In this document: piece by piece, positions 25,901 through 35,674 of the stretch
How the letters are laid out: each line of letters starts with the position of its first letter
How positions within the stretch are numbered: position 1 is the first letter of the stretch
Virus record (IMG/VR): IMGVR_UViG_3300011113_000664
Location: 32,001 to 96,000 of that record
Direction: 5' to 3' (one strand)
From: a virus
Length of the DNA: 64,000 bases
Position numbers and translations under genes: made by a program
Notes under the pieces: model-generated
What the model was told of the DNA's origin: nothing
What the model saw: the letters and a program-made list of their open reading frames with translations, nothing else
The model's database searches: none

Positions 25901-26012
25901 TTCTTATCAATTCAAAAGAGCAGAATTGGTAGATTTACCTGAAACAATCGATGCAGATGCTGCATTAAGATTTATACAAGAACAAGAAGCATCATTTGGA
26001 AAAGGTTTATAA
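22947..26012 (+). CDS. Baseplate/tail-tube-fold structural protein with OmpA-like insert
   Basis: ISDNNSVNWSDMNFLGRPEPIFSYQNTVRTLSLSF tube-like motif; YNYALGMRRA; late motif at 22926. Confidence 0.6.
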   Translation: MAEISQVLQIGNSRRPESLQRNLYKINSPYDLTDDVVTKSLNLLQAITGYDYRANPVVDIIERLVDSQNSELVKIGGERLLVEFGRRAGNNVLGKFIPSPTNLIGDLISIFKGDFKKTDASITDLSKDPNKSFFEELFDSLQTSIGYRSNENFLDKEYGKLDNTKTSDVNFTFSGDMIKEKIQQLNKKSVFSTYNTISSKIEFEKQSLVFRNTYSKNLLPTLEVENKLTTTFTKSYFQPFVKEDDKLLKNYDLETKGIEKDQGFGSLGKMDEFRTDRTELTIPKTLSVENINTYVYDTDTTKQDSLNTRFGVRRGLVYFTSKLAKENPTISHNQKLIKTDTTVTPNIAYYKGNGECRTFTIYDQYDNYDRLIKFLGNNEKNSVLRNSVLPRIAPTVDDIDADKYNYFFTMENLALKDSVDDCEKGPNGGRWMWFAPYNVKISDNNSVNWSDMNFLGRPEPIFSYQNTVRTLSLSFSLLIDTVKEIQDIEPTIQNYYNYLYQCGLIAEKQTTKNNGENIVPTGETKPKNSTKEEKKFGKKLEYYFKNEGYVINSIYPVYSTGNELESASTINNNFVSGLNDAADFLVQYMGDKGCKEITMTFNGFTTGLITQTATTDFATSYNYALGMRRAYNLMTTTIGKYELIKGNLQSISLSNFTPPLPTSAIPDLDTGTVTVKDKKRTYTQQLTNGINITIVLESNPNTQVDKSDPNELKVNQANKISQRYAKVESIVAMVETIQEDRKVETTKELNVPPVVNNDEVTQKPQPCDEDKNLQFESLEFYNKFPTGFEKLNVFTPSFNSQTPFDFTKRYVFLHQLTRPSKLNNINKANADNTVFGRMPVFVIRYGDFIYSKAIARSINFDISESTWDLNPEGMGAIPLMCTVTMDLTLIGGQSLAGPIDRIQTANDSNFIANSTFNTGYYANNKTFEKARQQEGVQWPKFASGEKPNPRRKPSSGNKPEDASLQGIPKVDVRPTLTPFKAPTLDSYQFKRAELVDLPETIDADAALRFIQEQEASFGKGL

Positions 26013-29000
26013 TTAAACCTCTTTAATGATATCTAAAATACCATTATCAACTTTAGCAATAAAGAATTTATTTGTTTCAGTTATCTTTTTAGATTTAGTG
26101 ACTGAATATATTTTATATAATTCTTTATAATTTGATATAGGTAAGTAAACATTTTCAGTACCAAGATATTTACTATATTTTAAATCAATTATTTCATTAT
26201 CTATGGAATAAGCTTTTTTAAGTAATAATACGATATCACCATTTTTATAGTTTTGATGTTGCATTCTTAATCTGCTTGTAATACCTACTGATTTCATTTT
26301 ATTTCTTATTTCAATATACTTATCATAATATTCTTGTGACTTGAGTTCGTAATCACATTTATAGTCTGTAAATATATCATCAGGTCTAAGTCCTGTCCTA
26401 TTCCAAAACTTAACTTCTTTTTCTTCTAAGTAAAAGAAATCCTCAATTGAATCTCTATCAAAGTTTACCAATTGGATTTCATTATCTGCATAATGTTCTC
26501 TATCCATTGGTTTTTCTTTGATAAGAGTATTCCTTATTTTTTCAGGAAATACAGTTAGTAATGCAGTAACACGCTTATTAAAATTATTAACATAACGAGC
26601 AACATTATATTCACCAAGCATATCAGGATTATTTTTTAATTCAGTCTCAGTAATGACATATGAATTATACATTCCTGTCTTTTTATTGATAGATACATCA
26701 CCATGAGATTTGGCAGTACCATTATTTACATAATAAATAAAATCCATACCGCTTGTATTAATGTTATGTGCAATAACAAGTTCCATGTGTGCTTGTTTTG
26801 CTTTTGCTTTACCATTAATATCTGTACCTCTTTTTTGGTAATCTTCTATTGTTTGTTTTAATCTTGATTTAGATGCAATCTTTTTAATCGGTATTTGTTT
26901 ACAATAAATCTTTGTTAAGTATTCGTAATAGAATTCTATAAACTCTTTTGGTTTGTTAGTAAGAATAAGTTTAATTCCTTCGTTGACAAAATCCTCAATA
27001 TATTCCGACATGGTTTTTGATTTGATTGTATTTCCTGTAACCTTTGGCTTTGACCTTTTAATTTTGAGATTCTTATTAGCTTCTCCCAAGTAAGAGTTCT
27101 TCTCTGCGTATTCTTTAAGATACTCATCTTCTTTTCCTAAATATTGTTTTGGAATATTAAATATTTTTTTCTTATTCTTATCTTCAAGTGTGGAATATTC
27201 AAGATTTGCATAATTCTTTCTTGAAAAGTTAGCAGCAGATATCCACATACCATCATTATCAAGTTTCATATATTGACCTGCAATGATTTCATTATTAAAC
27301 TTTTCAACCATTGCATCAACACCTTTATATACCACACCTTCATATTCATAAATTAAATCATCAATTCTAATTGGTGTTGATAACTTATTAAAATTCAAAT
27401 CAACATTTGTATATTCGGGTACAGAGAAGTTGCAACCATCAGTATCTTCTGTAATTGGTATAGCACCAAATTTCATAAAATAATCAATCATTCTTCTCAA
27501 GTATTGTCTACCTGTACAAGTAATGCGTTCAGCACAATCAAAGTCTGCCCAATTAAAATATTCAGAACCAAACGCACCAAAGTTTGAGTTGTTAAGAATT
27601 TTAATTGGTAGTTGTAGAGCATCATAAAACTTCCTTTCTGATTCAGGAAGTGTTTCATCTTTTGCCCATTTTTTATATTTATCTCTTGTAAACTTAAAGT
27701 AACTCAATAACCTAAAAAGAATATTAGTTACATCATGTCTTGGAAATACACGATGTTCAAGTTGTATTGATGGATACAGACCTGCATAGTCTTCTTTATA
27801 AATATTTTCAAAATATCCAACTTTAAATGTTCTTGAAAGACCGCCTGTAAATTCTACTTTATTGGGTGTGTATGGTATAGCAAGGTCATTCTCATAACTC
27901 CAAGCAGTCATAATAAGATTCCATGAACCTGCCCCACCAATTGTTGCAGTTCTTTCAAGTGATGTTGGAAGAAGTTTTGAAAGCATGAATGTAGATTCAT
28001 TATATACTTTATCAACTTGTAATGTTTCCCATAAATCATCTTCAAGATATTGTTCAATGATTTCACTTCCTGTTATTACTTTATCATAATCAGGATTCAT
28101 TTCAAGATATTCAATAGCTTTATCTTGATAAGAATCGGGTATTAATTTATATTCATTATTTTCAGATTTATTGATATAGAATTTATCTTCTTTCCACATC
28201 TGATAAATCTTAGCACCATTCTTAACATACATACGATTAGGTTTAGCAATACCTGCAAATTTACAGACATATTTCAAACCTGCTTCTTTCATGTTAGAAT
28301 TAATTGCTTGTGTTTTCCACACGGCATGAATAATATCCAAAACATTATATCCAAACATAGATGTTTTAGTATAATATTTTGTTTCGTTACCAACTTTAAG
28401 ACTTGAATTTTCTAGTCTTCTTATACCTTTAGAATCAACATAAGTTGTTTTTAATGAATCAACATCTAATCCTAATTTTTCTGCTCTTCTAAGAATAAAG
28501 TTGAAATCAAAATCTTCACTATTATATCCAAATATGATTGCAGGTTTTAGTTTATCAATATTTTTAAAAAGATTAATAATTAATCTTCTTTCTTCCTCAT
28601 CATTTATTTCATTTACAAAGTCAATTGAAACAAAATTACGATTATCTTTAGAACCAATAGCGAAGATTCTATCCTTATTAGGGTTTAAACCTGTTGTTTC
28701 AATGTCAAATACAAACTTATGTACATCATCGTATGTTTTATAACCATTAAACATACGGACACCTTTTTGAATTAAATACTGTTCTTCAGATTTAAGTGTG
28801 TAAAATAAATTTCTATTACTTAAATCATAAGAAATGTCTATTTTCTCACCTTCTTTTAACTTATCTATGAAAATGATTCGATATACATTTTCACTTTCAT
28901 CATGAAAAATTTCATAATTGTGAAATAATTTTAACTTTTTTAATACACCACTTGTATTTACTTCTACTTTTTTCTCTTCTATTGAATCTTCAAAGAAATC

Positions 29001-29645
29001 ATCTTCTTCATTAATTTCTTCTTTAAATTCACCTGAATATTTTATTTGAATTGAATTATAAACTACTCTGTTTATATCTCTAATAATGATTTCATAATTT
29101 TCTGAAATTTTATTATAAATAACTCTATCATTATTAGGGTCAAACAAAAAGCAGTCTTTCTTATTTAAATCGGGAGCAAATAACTCTGATGTAAATGCTT
29201 CATTTGCTTTCCAATAAATATCAACACCGCCTTGATTAAAAAAGGCTCTCAAATCCCTCATCCCATAAGGAGAATCGGTATACATGATAAACTTGTAACC
29301 GTTTTCAAGTCTATCAACTATAGCACCATTATTATCTTTTGTTTTTAAAGTTTTAAAGGATATATGATATTTCTTCATATTATCCTTATATTCTTGCAGT
29401 CTACCTTTATAAAAGGGAATACCAAGTTTTTTTAAATCTTTAACATAGATAAATGGTCTATATTCTTCTGTCTTGATATATTTCTTTTTAGTTTCGGGGT
29501 CATCAATAACTAATTGAACAACATTAGAATGTGAACTACCTTCAATACATACAATATGTTTTTGATTTAAATTTCTCCCATTTAAAAACCTTTCTACATC
29601 TTCATCTTTAAATGTTTTGTAGGTAATCTTTTCTTTTATTGCCAT
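26013..29645 (-). CDS. polB: Family B DNA polymerase
   Basis: ExoI FDIETTGL, ExoII GYNSEDFDF, DYAGLYPSI, KILNNSNFG, EDTDG. Confidence 0.95.
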   Translation of the reverse strand: MAIKEKITYKTFKDEDVERFLNGRNLNQKHIVCIEGSSHSNVVQLVIDDPETKKKYIKTEEYRPFIYVKDLKKLGIPFYKGRLQEYKDNMKKYHISFKTLKTKDNNGAIVDRLENGYKFIMYTDSPYGMRDLRAFFNQGGVDIYWKANEAFTSELFAPDLNKKDCFLFDPNNDRVIYNKISENYEIIIRDINRVVYNSIQIKYSGEFKEEINEEDDFFEDSIEEKKVEVNTSGVLKKLKLFHNYEIFHDESENVYRIIFIDKLKEGEKIDISYDLSNRNLFYTLKSEEQYLIQKGVRMFNGYKTYDDVHKFVFDIETTGLNPNKDRIFAIGSKDNRNFVSIDFVNEINDEEERRLIINLFKNIDKLKPAIIFGYNSEDFDFNFILRRAEKLGLDVDSLKTTYVDSKGIRRLENSSLKVGNETKYYTKTSMFGYNVLDIIHAVWKTQAINSNMKEAGLKYVCKFAGIAKPNRMYVKNGAKIYQMWKEDKFYINKSENNEYKLIPDSYQDKAIEYLEMNPDYDKVITGSEIIEQYLEDDLWETLQVDKVYNESTFMLSKLLPTSLERTATIGGAGSWNLIMTAWSYENDLAIPYTPNKVEFTGGLSRTFKVGYFENIYKEDYAGLYPSIQLEHRVFPRHDVTNILFRLLSYFKFTRDKYKKWAKDETLPESERKFYDALQLPIKILNNSNFGAFGSEYFNWADFDCAERITCTGRQYLRRMIDYFMKFGAIPITEDTDGCNFSVPEYTNVDLNFNKLSTPIRIDDLIYEYEGVVYKGVDAMVEKFNNEIIAGQYMKLDNDGMWISAANFSRKNYANLEYSTLEDKNKKKIFNIPKQYLGKEDEYLKEYAEKNSYLGEANKNLKIKRSKPKVTGNTIKSKTMSEYIEDFVNEGIKLILTNKPKEFIEFYYEYLTKIYCKQIPIKKIASKSRLKQTIEDYQKRGTDINGKAKAKQAHMELVIAHNINTSGMDFIYYVNNGTAKSHGDVSINKKTGMYNSYVITETELKNNPDMLGEYNVARYVNNFNKRVTALLTVFPEKIRNTLIKEKPMDREHYADNEIQLVNFDRDSIEDFFYLEEKEVKFWNRTGLRPDDIFTDYKCDYELKSQEYYDKYIEIRNKMKSVGITSRLRMQHQNYKNGDIVLLLKKAYSIDNEIIDLKYSKYLGTENVYLPISNYKELYKIYSVTKSKKITETNKFFIAKVDNGILDIIKEV

Positions 29646-29650
29646 TATTG

Positions 29651-30739
29651 TTATTTATGAAATCTCCTGAATGAATTTTCGGTGATAAAGACAAAGGTAG
29701 CCTTTTCTTTTAATTCTTTCAAATCAACACAATTTAAATAACTCATTGTGCTTTTCAAATAATCATTAAAGTTTTCAATCCAACCATCAAAAGTATATTC
29801 AATTTTATTCCATTTAGCAATACCTTCGGATGTTTTGAGTTTGTAATTACCCCAAATCTTTTGAATTTCTTTTGTGGACATACCAACATGCCTCTTGTAT
29901 AAAGAGAATTTGTTCTTATACAGCCATTTGGCTAAATCCATATTGGTAATCTTGATTTTTTTCCAAAGATACGGATAAGAATCGGAATCCAAACATTTAT
30001 TTAAGATTCCACCGAGCATAACATAATCTGCACCAAGAGCAAGTGCTTTAATAATATCAGCAAAGTTTTTAAAACCACCATCTGCAACAATTAAAGATTT
30101 ATGTGCGTTAGCTTGCCTTATTTGATTACATTCATAAATCAATGATGCCATTGGGTAATGTATTGAGGCATTGGCACTTGTAGTACAAACACTTCCACCA
30201 CCAATACCAATGCGACAATAATGGACACCAATTTTAGAAAATTCATCATATGTATGTGGATTAGCAATATTACCAATCATTAACTTCTTATTCTTAAACT
30301 TTTTAATAAATATTTTAGATAAGTCAAGAAGTTTCCACATATGTCCATTTGCAATATCAACTAAGACACATTCAGAATCTAATATTAAATTTTCAAAAGC
30401 ATTAAAATCAGTTTCAATTAATCTAAATTCTTGTAATGATATTGATTTAAACATTATTTTATTTAAACTACTAAGTTTAAATAATTCAGTATAAACGCTG
30501 TATTCATAATTTCTTGGAACACAGACCATCATTTGTTTAAGTAATTGATTTAAAAACTCTTCATGAAATCTGTTTTCTTTTTTAATAGAAAGTACAGAAT
30601 TCATTGGAGATGCCATCAATGGTAGAAGTGATGGTAAATTAATTTCACTTCGTGATTCTACTTTTGATAGTACGGATGGTACTAAAGCGATATCATGGAA
30701 ATCAAACTTAGGTGTTTCCAAATTATTTAAAAATGTCAT
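29651..30739 (-). CDS. IMP dehydrogenase/GMP reductase family enzyme
   Basis: ASPM, VDIANGH, IGIGGGSVCTT, VADGG, ALALGADYVMLG. Confidence 0.88.
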   Translation of the reverse strand: MTFLNNLETPKFDFHDIALVPSVLSKVESRSEINLPSLLPLMASPMNSVLSIKKENRFHEEFLNQLLKQMMVCVPRNYEYSVYTELFKLSSLNKIMFKSISLQEFRLIETDFNAFENLILDSECVLVDIANGHMWKLLDLSKIFIKKFKNKKLMIGNIANPHTYDEFSKIGVHYCRIGIGGGSVCTTSANASIHYPMASLIYECNQIRQANAHKSLIVADGGFKNFADIIKALALGADYVMLGGILNKCLDSDSYPYLWKKIKITNMDLAKWLYKNKFSLYKRHVGMSTKEIQKIWGNYKLKTSEGIAKWNKIEYTFDGWIENFNDYLKSTMSYLNCVDLKELKEKATFVFITENSFRRFHK

Positions 30740-30900
30740 TATTCTTCAGTTTGAGGAATTTGAGATTGATTTTTAGTTTCCATGATTTTACGATAGTTTT
30801 CTAAAAACTTTTTAGAAAGCCTTTTTGCATCATCTTTCAATCTTGCTGTTCTAGCAATACTTTTCTTTTTCTGAGTTTTTCTTTGTTTGGAGACAGGCAT
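30739..30900 (-). CDS. Small basic protein, 53 aa (absent from track)
   Basis: MPVSKQRKTQKKKSIARTARLK...; TAATG coupling to next gene. Confidence 0.65.
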   Translation of the reverse strand: MPVSKQRKTQKKKSIARTARLKDDAKRLSKKFLENYRKIMETKNQSQIPQTEE

Positions 30901-30930
30901 AATATTAAAATTTATGCCCTAAATATAGAA

Positions 30931-31146
30931 TTAAAATCCTAAAGTTTTCAAGATTTTTTTGAAAAAATTTTTATTTTCTCTGTTTTTCAGAGTTTTAAAT
31001 TTTTCAACTTCCTCAAAAATATTCTCAGAGCGAACCTGCTCTTTTAATTTATTTGAATAACCTTTCCAAAATCTCTCTTCTTTTAGTTCTTCCTCTTTAA
31101 GAAGATTGATTTCATTTTGTTCTTCTTTAGAAGTCATCTTTATCAA
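30931..31146 (-). CDS. Hypothetical protein
   Basis: Operon packing. Confidence 0.6.
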   Translation of the reverse strand: MIKMTSKEEQNEINLLKEEELKEERFWKGYSNKLKEQVRSENIFEEVEKFKTLKNRENKNFFKKILKTLGF

Positions 31147-31390
31147 AATAATTTTTAAGTTCTTCTAGTTTATCCAAATATTCTTGTATTTGGAATGTTT
31201 CAATTTGACCACTTGAGTACGCACTATCTCTATCATCAACAATAATAACATCAGGATTAGTTGACCACTTTTCATTGACTTCCTTTAAAAATTCTTCATT
31301 TGTTAAAGTTGGATAAGCACCTGCTTTAATATCAGTTAAATAGTAAACTGCTTTTGGTTTTAATTCATAAGTAAAATATCTTGCTTTCAT
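31127..31390 (-). CDS. Hypothetical protein
   Basis: Operon packing. Confidence 0.65.
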   Translation of the reverse strand: MKARYFTYELKPKAVYYLTDIKAGAYPTLTNEEFLKEVNEKWSTNPDVIIVDDRDSAYSSGQIETFQIQEYLDKLEELKNYFDKDDF

Positions 31391-31394
31391 AACA

Positions 31395-31829
31395 TTATTT
31401 TTTAAAAAATAGAAAATATAAATTTAAAAATTCTTTTAATTCCTGTGGATTTTTTTCTTTGTAAATATAAAATCTTTCTTTTATAACTTTTACAAGTTTA
31501 TCAATAAAAATATTTAATTCAACATCTTTTGTTAGTATTTCATTTGAATATGTTGTAAAATACAATAATAGTTTATTGTTTTGACTAAAATCAAAATTAT
31601 AAATATTTTTATATTCTTCTGATGTTTTATTAAAGCACCATTTAATATAATCATCTATTTGTTGTTGATTTTCAAAAGCATCAAAACCTAAAAAAGAGTT
31701 TATGAATAACTTTGTATAGTCAATCATAAACTCTTTACATATTTCAACTTTTTGATAATCTACATTTTCTGTAAATAAAAGATAATAATTATCTTTGGAT
31801 ATTTTATCTTTATCTTTTAAACTCATCAT
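31395..31829 (-). CDS. Hypothetical protein
   Basis: Operon packing. Confidence 0.7.
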   Translation of the reverse strand: MMSLKDKDKISKDNYYLLFTENVDYQKVEICKEFMIDYTKLFINSFLGFDAFENQQQIDDYIKWCFNKTSEEYKNIYNFDFSQNNKLLLYFTTYSNEILTKDVELNIFIDKLVKVIKERFYIYKEKNPQELKEFLNLYFLFFKK

Positions 31830-31830
31830 A

Positions 31831-34278
31831 TTAAACTAAGAATACTTTTTTACTTTCTGGTGAGTAAAGAAGTTTCTTGTTTAAAACCCTACTTTTAAAA
31901 TCTTCAGACAAAGTTTGACCCAAACCTTTATATATCAATTCTTTACAACCAACAAGTTTATTTTCATTGATTTTTTTCATTTCAATGACATTATTTGAAT
32001 CAAATATAACAGGTTTTTTTCTATTTTCATCATCAATATAATAAGATTGAATTTGATTTAAAATATTTTCTTCGCTAAGTACTGTAAATGAATTCTCTTT
32101 TAATACCTTATCTTCTTTCTTAACCGCAGGTAAATCTTTTTGGTTTAATACTGCTCTACCTCTTCCTGTGCCAAGTTTATTAGCATCTTTAAATTCATTT
32201 GCTTTATTGGCAGCATCATATGCTTCTTTACCTGAATCGGTATATGACATTAATTCTTTCTTTCTAGCCTCCCATTTAGCATTAGGTTCACCATTTGGTG
32301 CATTTTCAGGTTTAACATGTTCTAATCCTCTGTGAACTTTTTTAAGATATTCTTGTTGATGTTCAGATTGATAGTCATATTTTGGAATGTCTTTCTTTTC
32401 TAAAGAATCTTTATCATATACTAAACCATCACCTTCACCTTTTTGGACAAGCATAGTGGTTGTTTTTGTACTAGCATCTTTTTTATAGTAAGAATTAGAA
32501 TCATTTTTAGATTGATTTTTTAATGCATCAATTCTAATTAAAGCATCATGCTTTTTTTCTTCTTCTAATAAACCAAGTCTTTGAACTAATCTATTATAAT
32601 ATTCATTTAATGTTTTTAATGCTAAATTATCTAACTGTTTTCTGTTATATACTTCAGGCAATTCACGACCTTGGTGTTTTAAAATAAATTCACTTATACT
32701 ATCTCTATTATTTTCTCTGATTAATTCAATCTTAGGACTTTTAAATACATTACTAGGTGCGGATATCTTTTTGTATTCAACAATATCATCATTCATTAAA
32801 GCATCTAAATCAACTAAATTATAGTTTTCATTTACACCTTTTACACTTTTATTTGTGCCTGAATAATGTGTTTTAGTATTAACTTTAACACGACCTGCTT
32901 TATCAACTTTTACAGCACCTTTATTTTTCTTAAATGCAGGATTTGACCACCTACTATAAAAATCATCTAATGCACCTAAATCATTTTTTGGTTTTTCCCA
33001 CATATTTTGTTTTTTACCCTTAACCATTTCAACAAAACCTCTTGGTTTACCATCACCATAAACTTTATAATGAGGATTAGCAACAGGAAAATCTGCAATT
33101 GCAGCACTTGTTGTTGATTCATCAAGACTATCTTTTCTAACATATAATCTAAATACATTAGAACCTAAATTATCAATTTGATTACTTCTCCTAAAACCTA
33201 AATCATCATCTCCATCCATATCACCTAGCATAAAATTAGCATTACCAACTTCAGATACTACTCTTTGAGTAAATCTTTTTATTTTTTTTTCATCTTCATC
33301 ACTTAATCCACTATAATCACCATCAATTAAGGCAGGTATTGCCCATTCAGGCACTTCATAACCACGAAGACTATCATCCATTTCCTCATCAATCATTTCT
33401 TCCATTTTGCTTCCACAATATGCTTCATTGATTAATCCTGCCCAATTAGATTCATTTAAGTAATCTTCAACACCTAATTTTTTAAGTTTACTAGATTTAA
33501 CAACAACAACATCTTTTGGAGAAATATCAGAACCATAAACTTCAGATAAAACATTTAAAAAATATTCATTTTTATTTTCTTTTAATTCTTCTGAATCAAC
33601 ATTAGAATAGTCATATCCATAAAGAATATGATTTGTTTCTTTTAATAAAGCGAAATGAGAATAGTTATATTTTTGCCAATCTTTTTTATTTTCCTCATTT
33701 AATTGTCTTTTTTCTAAATTTTTAGAAGTTACAACAATTACATCATTCTCATTTAAAAAAGGATAATTTCTTTTAATATCTTTCACAAAAAACTCATTTT
33801 TATAATTTTTTAGTTCATCTTGTGTATATCCTTCATAATTCCAAGATTCTAAAATTTTATTAGTATTTTTGTTAATTGCAAAATGAGTTGAATTACTTTT
33901 ATTTTTCATGTTTTTCATTTTATTTTCTTTTAATTTTTTCTTAGTTTTTTTGAATTCATATCCCTTATTTATAGCATCTTTTATTTTCTTATACATTTCA
34001 AATAGTTTTTTATTACTTTTTACATATTTATGAAATAATAAAATGTTCAAGATTTCATTATAGTGATATCCTAATTTTTCTTGTGCATTAATAGATAGTG
34101 CATCATATTTATTTTTGAGAAAACCAACTTTGTCAACTAAAGCCTCCATTGCCTTTAAAGAAAAAGTTTTACGATTTTTAAATTCTCGTTTTTTCTTTTT
34201 CTGTGTAACACCTTTAACTCTAGTATCAACAGTCGTAGGTTGTACATTGGCTATAGGTTGCGCTTGTTGTTTTTCCAT
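31831..34278 (-). CDS. Large putative internal head protein with duplicated domain and many L/I-x-E sites
   Basis: Two HFA...Y....ELK..KNE.F repeats; PEWAIPALIDGDYSGLSDED module; late motif at 34291-34300. Confidence 0.7.
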   Translation of the reverse strand: MEKQQAQPIANVQPTTVDTRVKGVTQKKKKREFKNRKTFSLKAMEALVDKVGFLKNKYDALSINAQEKLGYHYNEILNILLFHKYVKSNKKLFEMYKKIKDAINKGYEFKKTKKKLKENKMKNMKNKSNSTHFAINKNTNKILESWNYEGYTQDELKNYKNEFFVKDIKRNYPFLNENDVIVVTSKNLEKRQLNEENKKDWQKYNYSHFALLKETNHILYGYDYSNVDSEELKENKNEYFLNVLSEVYGSDISPKDVVVVKSSKLKKLGVEDYLNESNWAGLINEAYCGSKMEEMIDEEMDDSLRGYEVPEWAIPALIDGDYSGLSDEDEKKIKRFTQRVVSEVGNANFMLGDMDGDDDLGFRRSNQIDNLGSNVFRLYVRKDSLDESTTSAAIADFPVANPHYKVYGDGKPRGFVEMVKGKKQNMWEKPKNDLGALDDFYSRWSNPAFKKNKGAVKVDKAGRVKVNTKTHYSGTNKSVKGVNENYNLVDLDALMNDDIVEYKKISAPSNVFKSPKIELIRENNRDSISEFILKHQGRELPEVYNRKQLDNLALKTLNEYYNRLVQRLGLLEEEKKHDALIRIDALKNQSKNDSNSYYKKDASTKTTTMLVQKGEGDGLVYDKDSLEKKDIPKYDYQSEHQQEYLKKVHRGLEHVKPENAPNGEPNAKWEARKKELMSYTDSGKEAYDAANKANEFKDANKLGTGRGRAVLNQKDLPAVKKEDKVLKENSFTVLSEENILNQIQSYYIDDENRKKPVIFDSNNVIEMKKINENKLVGCKELIYKGLGQTLSEDFKSRVLNKKLLYSPESKKVFLV

Positions 34279-34336
34279 ATAAGGTTTTTAATAAATAGTT
34301 GAAAACAACTAATTATAATAAATTATAAAGTTTATA

Positions 34337-34531
34337 ATGACTAAAAAGGAAGAAGAATCTTTAAAAAAAGAGATTATAAAAGAACTTAAACCTTTTATTG
34401 AAAAAGAAATACAAAAAATTGTTAAAGATAAGTTTAGTGATGATGAGATTAAAAAGGTCACAGTAAAAACCTTATCTAATTTATTTAGAGTTCTTTGGAA
34501 CAGAAAAGGTACTTGGGGTGATGCTGTTTAA
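34337..34531 (+). CDS. Small late protein
   Basis: ACTAATTATA upstream; NLFRVLWNRKGTW. Confidence 0.65.
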   Translation: MTKKEEESLKKEIIKELKPFIEKEIQKIVKDKFSDDEIKKVTVKTLSNLFRVLWNRKGTWGDAV

Positions 34532-34992
34532 AAAACGAAAAAAAATGTAGTTCCTAAAGTACCAACAAGTGTAATAATAATTATATTTTTATTTCTAATT
34601 TTATATTTGTTTTCCAAAAGTGCATTCTTTTGAATATTTACAATATTATTATAATGTTCTAAACTTTTATATGTACTATCCAACTGTTGTTGTTTTAAAG
34701 CAAGTATAGTTTTATATTTTTTAATTACTGAATCATTATTTGAAATTAATGAATCTTGTAATGATAATCTTTTGGTATATAAATCTTTAATCTTTTTTTG
34801 TTTTAATAAAAAAGTTGTTTGATAATAATCAAATGTAAAAAATGACATATTATTTTTTTCAAAATAATCATATGGTTTTAATGTTCTAGGTTGATTTTTA
34901 ATCCTCAAATTCAAATTGTTCGTTTGACAATTCCCTAATAAGGGTAGCATCATCCATATTATTAATACGAGTCTTAATGTTTTTTTCTTCAT
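34528..34992 (-). CDS. Spanin-like protein (signal/Cys, coiled coil, C-terminal TM)
   Basis: MKKKTLRLVLIIWMMLPLLGNC; C-terminal IIIITLVGTLGTTFFFVF; overlaps upstream TM coiled-coil gene. Confidence 0.5.
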   Translation of the reverse strand: MKKKTLRLVLIIWMMLPLLGNCQTNNLNLRIKNQPRTLKPYDYFEKNNMSFFTFDYYQTTFLLKQKKIKDLYTKRLSLQDSLISNNDSVIKKYKTILALKQQQLDSTYKSLEHYNNIVNIQKNALLENKYKIRNKNIIIITLVGTLGTTFFFVF

Positions 34993-35251
34993 TTTTATTA
35001 TCTTTAATCTTTTCTTTAATTACTATAGTATTTTGCTCAGTCTTATCTATTTGAGTTTGTAGAGAATCAATTAATATTTGTTTTTCTTTATTTATTTTAT
35101 CTAATTCTTGTATTTTTGCTTCTTTCTGACTTATTAAGTCATCATTATTTTCTTCTTTTTTAAAAAAGAATGTATAAACAAAATAATAACCTAAAAATAA
35201 ATTTAAACAAAAAGCAACACTTAATAAAAATTTTAAATAACTATTACTCAT
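34898..35251 (-). CDS. Inner-membrane spanin-like protein
   Basis: N-terminal TM plus coiled coil. Confidence 0.5.
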   Translation of the reverse strand: MSNSYLKFLLSVAFCLNLFLGYYFVYTFFFKKEENNDDLISQKEAKIQELDKINKEKQILIDSLQTQIDKTEQNTIVIKEKIKDNKNEEKNIKTRINNMDDATLIRELSNEQFEFED

Positions 35252-35640
35252 TATTTTTCTGTGTTATCTTTCCAAATTTTAAAGTATTCTTTAACTTTTT
35301 GTAAAGTTGTAATGGCATCATCATCTAATTCAAGTTCATCAGAAGTAATTATTGGTTTATCTTTTTCAACATCATATGTAAAAGATAATTTACCATCATA
35401 TTTTTCACCTTTAACAAGTTTATCTGACATTTCAGTTACTTTTGAATCATTTGTTGCTTTTTCAAGAGTAGATTGTGCATCAGTATCAGCCATTTCTTCT
35501 GGTGTTGGCATATCAACATCCTCCCTTAAAAATGAAGATGAGATAGAATTGTTAGGTGTTTTCATACCTTTTGTTATTGCTAGTAACTTTTTAAGTTCAT
35601 CAACTTCTTTATTTGCTTTCTTCTGATTAAATCTAAACAT
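35251..35640 (-). CDS. Late hypothetical protein
   Basis: ACTATTTATA upstream at 35651-35660. Confidence 0.75.
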   Translation of the reverse strand: MFRFNQKKANKEVDELKKLLAITKGMKTPNNSISSSFLREDVDMPTPEEMADTDAQSTLEKATNDSKVTEMSDKLVKGEKYDGKLSFTYDVEKDKPIITSDELELDDDAITTLQKVKEYFKIWKDNTEK

Positions 35641-35674
35641 AATATTTTAATATAAATAGTTTTTTTCTAATTAT

